Below, piece by piece: positions 60,290-64,000 of a stretch of DNA of 64,000 nucleotides. Under the pieces are notes generated by a model. That model worked only from the letters and a program-made list of their open reading frames with translations. It made no database searches and was not told where the DNA came from. Each line of letters begins with the position of its first letter. Within the stretch, counting starts at the first letter, position 1. The stretch comes from the human T2T-CHM13v2.0 reference genome, Homo sapiens, in assembly GCF_009914755.1 (NCBI RefSeq), contig NC_060947.1; one strand, given 5' to 3'. Made by a program: the position numbers and the translations under genes.

Positions 60290-60695
60290 TTAGGGTAGCT
60301 CTATCTTGTAAAAAACCCAAAACTATACAGAGTTTCCATCACAATAGGAGTTTGTCAATCACATAAAGTCCGTAATGGGTCCTCCTGATTGGTAGACAGC
60401 TCTCCTTCAGAGGGTAATCCGGAGAAACAGCCCAGACCTTCTTCATTTTATGGCTCTTAAATCTTCAACACAGAGCTCCCAGTTTGTCCTTGTCAAACTG
60501 GCAGAAGGGGAAGATGATACAAGGGTGCATGGAAGGGTTTTACAAAAGAGGTGTACAGCGCTTTTCCTCCCCTTCCTTTGGCAAGAAACCAGCCATATAG
60601 ATGGATCTACCTGCCCAGGAAGCTAAGCATGGTGTAGCTGTGCACCCAGGCAGTGCAGGGAGCAGTTTGGCTGAGCATATTGCCAGTCTCTGCAC
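60290..60695. mobile_element. MLT1J/K-like LTR
   Basis: gaagctaagcatggtgtagctgtgcacccagg...tgccagtctctgcaca. Confidence 0.5.
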
Positions 60696-60871
60696 ACATT
60701 ATGTTTTATTAATTATGTTAGCCTTCAGGCCTACCACTGTACTCAGAATAGAATTGGAAAGAAAGAAGTGTTTGCCGAAAGAGCCATAAAAGGGAATTTA
60801 ATACTACCCACCTTTAAAAAGATTACTATAATTTATTATTCTTGTAACCAAATCTAAATTAATTGATAGAC

Positions 60872-61127
60872 TTTTTTATACTTTAAGTTCTGGGGTACAT
60901 GTGCAGAATGTGCAGCTTTGTTACATAGGTATACATGTGCCATGGTGGTGTGCTACACCCATCAACCCATCACCTGCATTAGGTATTTCTCCTAATGCTA
61001 TCCCTCCCCTAGCCCCCCACCCCACAACAGGCCCCGGTGTGTGATGTTCCCCTCCCTGTGTCCATGTGTTCTCATTGTTCAACTCCCACTTATGAGTGAG
61101 AACATGCGGTGTTTGGTTTTCTGTTCA
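60872..61127 (-). mobile_element. L1PA (PA7/8-like) 3' end
   Basis: ttatactttaagttctggggtacatgtgcagaatgtgcag...gagaacatgcggtgtttggttttctg. Confidence 0.9.
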
Positions 61128-62454
61128 GCACTGTACCTGAAGCAGGTTCATTGCTCATTTCACGCTTTTCCATATGCATTGATTTTAGCCTTGACCTCAT
61201 ATTTTTCAAATGTCTCCATCACTTCGTCAGTGTTGTTAACTATATTATCTCCATCTGCCTCACTTTTACTAACCTCTGGGTTCTCAACCTCTTCATGTCA
61301 CCTTAGGCTTCATTCATGAAATGAAGTATTTGCTAAATTGTTCAAATTACTATTCTGGAATTAACCTGCATTTAACCTTCCCCCATGCTGCCTAATCCAG
61401 TGTCAGATCATATACCCAGCATAATCAGAGCCACATTTATGCCCACCAACCTCTAATTTCACATTAAACTCAATAACCTGTATTTCCCCTGGGGAAATGC
61501 AGTGTTTATTGCCCTTTTGTGTGGAGTTATATTTATGCATTATGTGCATGATTTACATGTGAACTTGCAGATTAACAGCCTCCTGTCTCCTGACTGAACC
61601 AGCATCCAAGCTATGTAGTCTCCCTGCGTCCCCTTCCTGTCCTTAAGATGCAGAGATGTGGTAGCTTGAAAGAGACATGCATCTGGGAGAGACAAGATCA
61701 TGGCTTTACACCAGGGATTTCCCAACTTGAACCTGTGACACCTTCAGGGTCCTCATCCCCGCAAAAGGTTTGAAGGGAAGACTATAGGCATTCTGTGAGA
61801 GACCATTCTTCATTGTACAAGTCTGTCCTTCAATGGAAGGACATTTAACTTCTGTGACCCCATCCACTAATCCTGATGGTGATCCCCAATCATTGAGGGA
61901 TGCTTCCACTCCATTGAGAACCATCAGAGATGATCATTATAAAAGCTTTACAGCTTAAATATACTATTAACAGTAGAAGATGCACCTCACTGTTTTCTCA
62001 AGAGGATACAATTTTCAAATTCCTGTAGATGAATGGTTCCCCAATGGTGGGAATGTTCCAAAATGGCAGCTCATTTATGCTATTGTTGAGAAGAGAGGAG
62101 GTGGTAATGAGGCAAGTCCTTATCCCTGTTCCCAAGCAATGGAACAGGGAGCAGGGAGGTAGCAATGATCAAGATCTACTCTCTCCCTACCAGGAATCCA
62201 GATAATGTACTAGCAGAGACCATCATGTTCAGAAATGAAATACTAAGGCAGTAGAGTTTAGTTATAAATGGGATCTTCAAAAGGGTCTTGGCAGGATGAG
62301 GCAGAAAAGGATTCCTTGAACAAGAAAGATACAAAAAAAGGATTTTGTACTCCCTTGCCACCCTTTTGCTAGCGTGTTTTTTCATGCAGTCAGAAGCTGC
62401 TGAAAGAAACACTTGAACCGAATTTTTTCTAAAAAGAGAAAAGGAAGCAGCCAC

Positions 62455-62690
62455 CATTTATTAAGCCCTCCTCTGGGCAGCATACACCAAATCCTTACAC
62501 ATCTCTGTGAGGGGCGTAATTGGACTGATTCGTAGTTGAGGAAACAGGATTAGACAAGTGCTGACTGTGTACAGGATTCTATACTAGTGAGCTCTGTAAT
62601 TTGCTGAAGGTCAGTTGAGCAATACTTGATGAAGCCAGGAGGTAAACCCAGTGTCTATCTGTATATGTACTTTCTCTTAAACCATGCTGC
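62455..62690. mobile_element. MIR
   Basis: ccatttattaagc...gttgaggaaacagg. Confidence 0.5.
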
Positions 62691-64000
62691 CACTCTGGGT
62701 GAGAGGAAGTGAATAGAGGGATAACAAGGTGAGTTTTAGGAAAGAAACTAGTCTCATCTCTTTTCCCAGATGCAGCTCAGGGAAAGAAAGGCCCTAGCTA
62801 TGATGTTAAAGGTCCAAGTTGACTTTCAGGAACCCTTAAACCCCCTTCCAGGAATCCTTAGACAATGTGTGGGCCAGTCTTCAGTAGCTGGTGTGGATTA
62901 ACCACCAGAGGACCCTTTTGAATGGCGAGAGCTGAGTAGCATCCCCTAAAACCTTGTATGACCTGGGCGAGGGGGAAAATGTCCCAAGACATAACTATGT
63001 TTCCCATCAGCCTGTTGGGCAGGGGCTCAGAGTAGAGATACATTATTTAGAAAAAATAAGAAATGAGATATTTCTTACAACTAGTGTTATGGATAAACAT
63101 TTTGTACACACGACATAGTTTTGTTTGGTTTTTTAATGTTAGACAAAATACAGAAGCCTGGAAAGTAGTGCCCTTTTTCACTCTGAAATTTGTTTTGATT
63201 CCACCTACAAACATAGGAGCTCATGTCTGTCAAATCAGACTTATTCCAATAAGACTTCATTTTTATTTCAACATCTTCACTTATTCACATTTGATGTAGT
63301 TTAAATCAGTCTTTATTATGTGCACCAAGTTATTTACCACCGTGTAGTAGACAATAAAAAGCAGTTTAAAAACCACTTGATAACAACTTAAAGATAAAAT
63401 ATAGATTCATTTCTTCTATGTGGTACATATGTTAGACAGAAAGGTACAAAAAATTTATAAATCTTGTCATTAGACAGAAACAATTGTAATATATTATTAT
63501 TCCAAATAAGATTTCACTTTTGTATCAACCTCTTTGCTCTTTAAAAAAATTTTGAGTATTTCACACTTAAACAACTAAGGCAAAATTTCTTACCAATTCT
63601 GGGTCAAATAATAAAAAGAACCTGGAAAACAAAAGATTTGTTATTTTTCCCCCATGTAAGAAATTATCACCGTTAAACATCCTTCTGTCTCTTTTAGCTC
63701 CTTGCTGTTGTTCTATTTATATTTTTATGAACAAAATAGTCTATATGTCTGTGTCTAATAAATGGGATAGCTTTGTGGGCTGAGCATTCTTCATTTTTAT
63801 AAGAAGCATGTCAGAGCTGAATTGATCACATGCTCTGAAACTCTCCCCCAGGGTGTTTTCATTTATATTTAATGTTAAATCAACGATATTAGAGGTGGAA
63901 CAGGCTGTTTGCCATTGAATGCAATCAGCAGTATCAGCTCACTTTGAATTCCATAAATGCCATTTGGAATGTTCTTTTTGGTAGAGCACTTCAGGGTATC

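Overview
This is primate genomic DNA, almost certainly human, and it is mostly intron. Two plus-strand coding exons with canonical splice sites (40364-40524 and 45422-45524) encode the end of the WW region and most of the PDZ domain of FRMPD4 (Preso1/PDZD10, Xp22.2). The rest is intronic sequence rich in Alu, L1, L2, MIR, MaLR/ERV LTR and Tigger/Charlie/MADE1 remnants. The most unusual element is a GC/CpG-rich insert at about 13980-14870. It holds an unprocessed, antisense fragment of the pluripotency gene DPPA5: upstream region, exon 1 with intact ATG and GTGAGT donor, and an intron that stops at its polypyrimidine tract. Other notable items are an Alu/AluY/7SK chimera, a complete switch in Alu orientation around the two exons (which form an in-frame 264-nt cassette), a near-perfect RFX X-box, a MADE1 hairpin and a roughly 330-bp purine tract. 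Gene and repeat names come from recalled sequences, with no database search, so subfamily calls and repeat boundaries are approximate.
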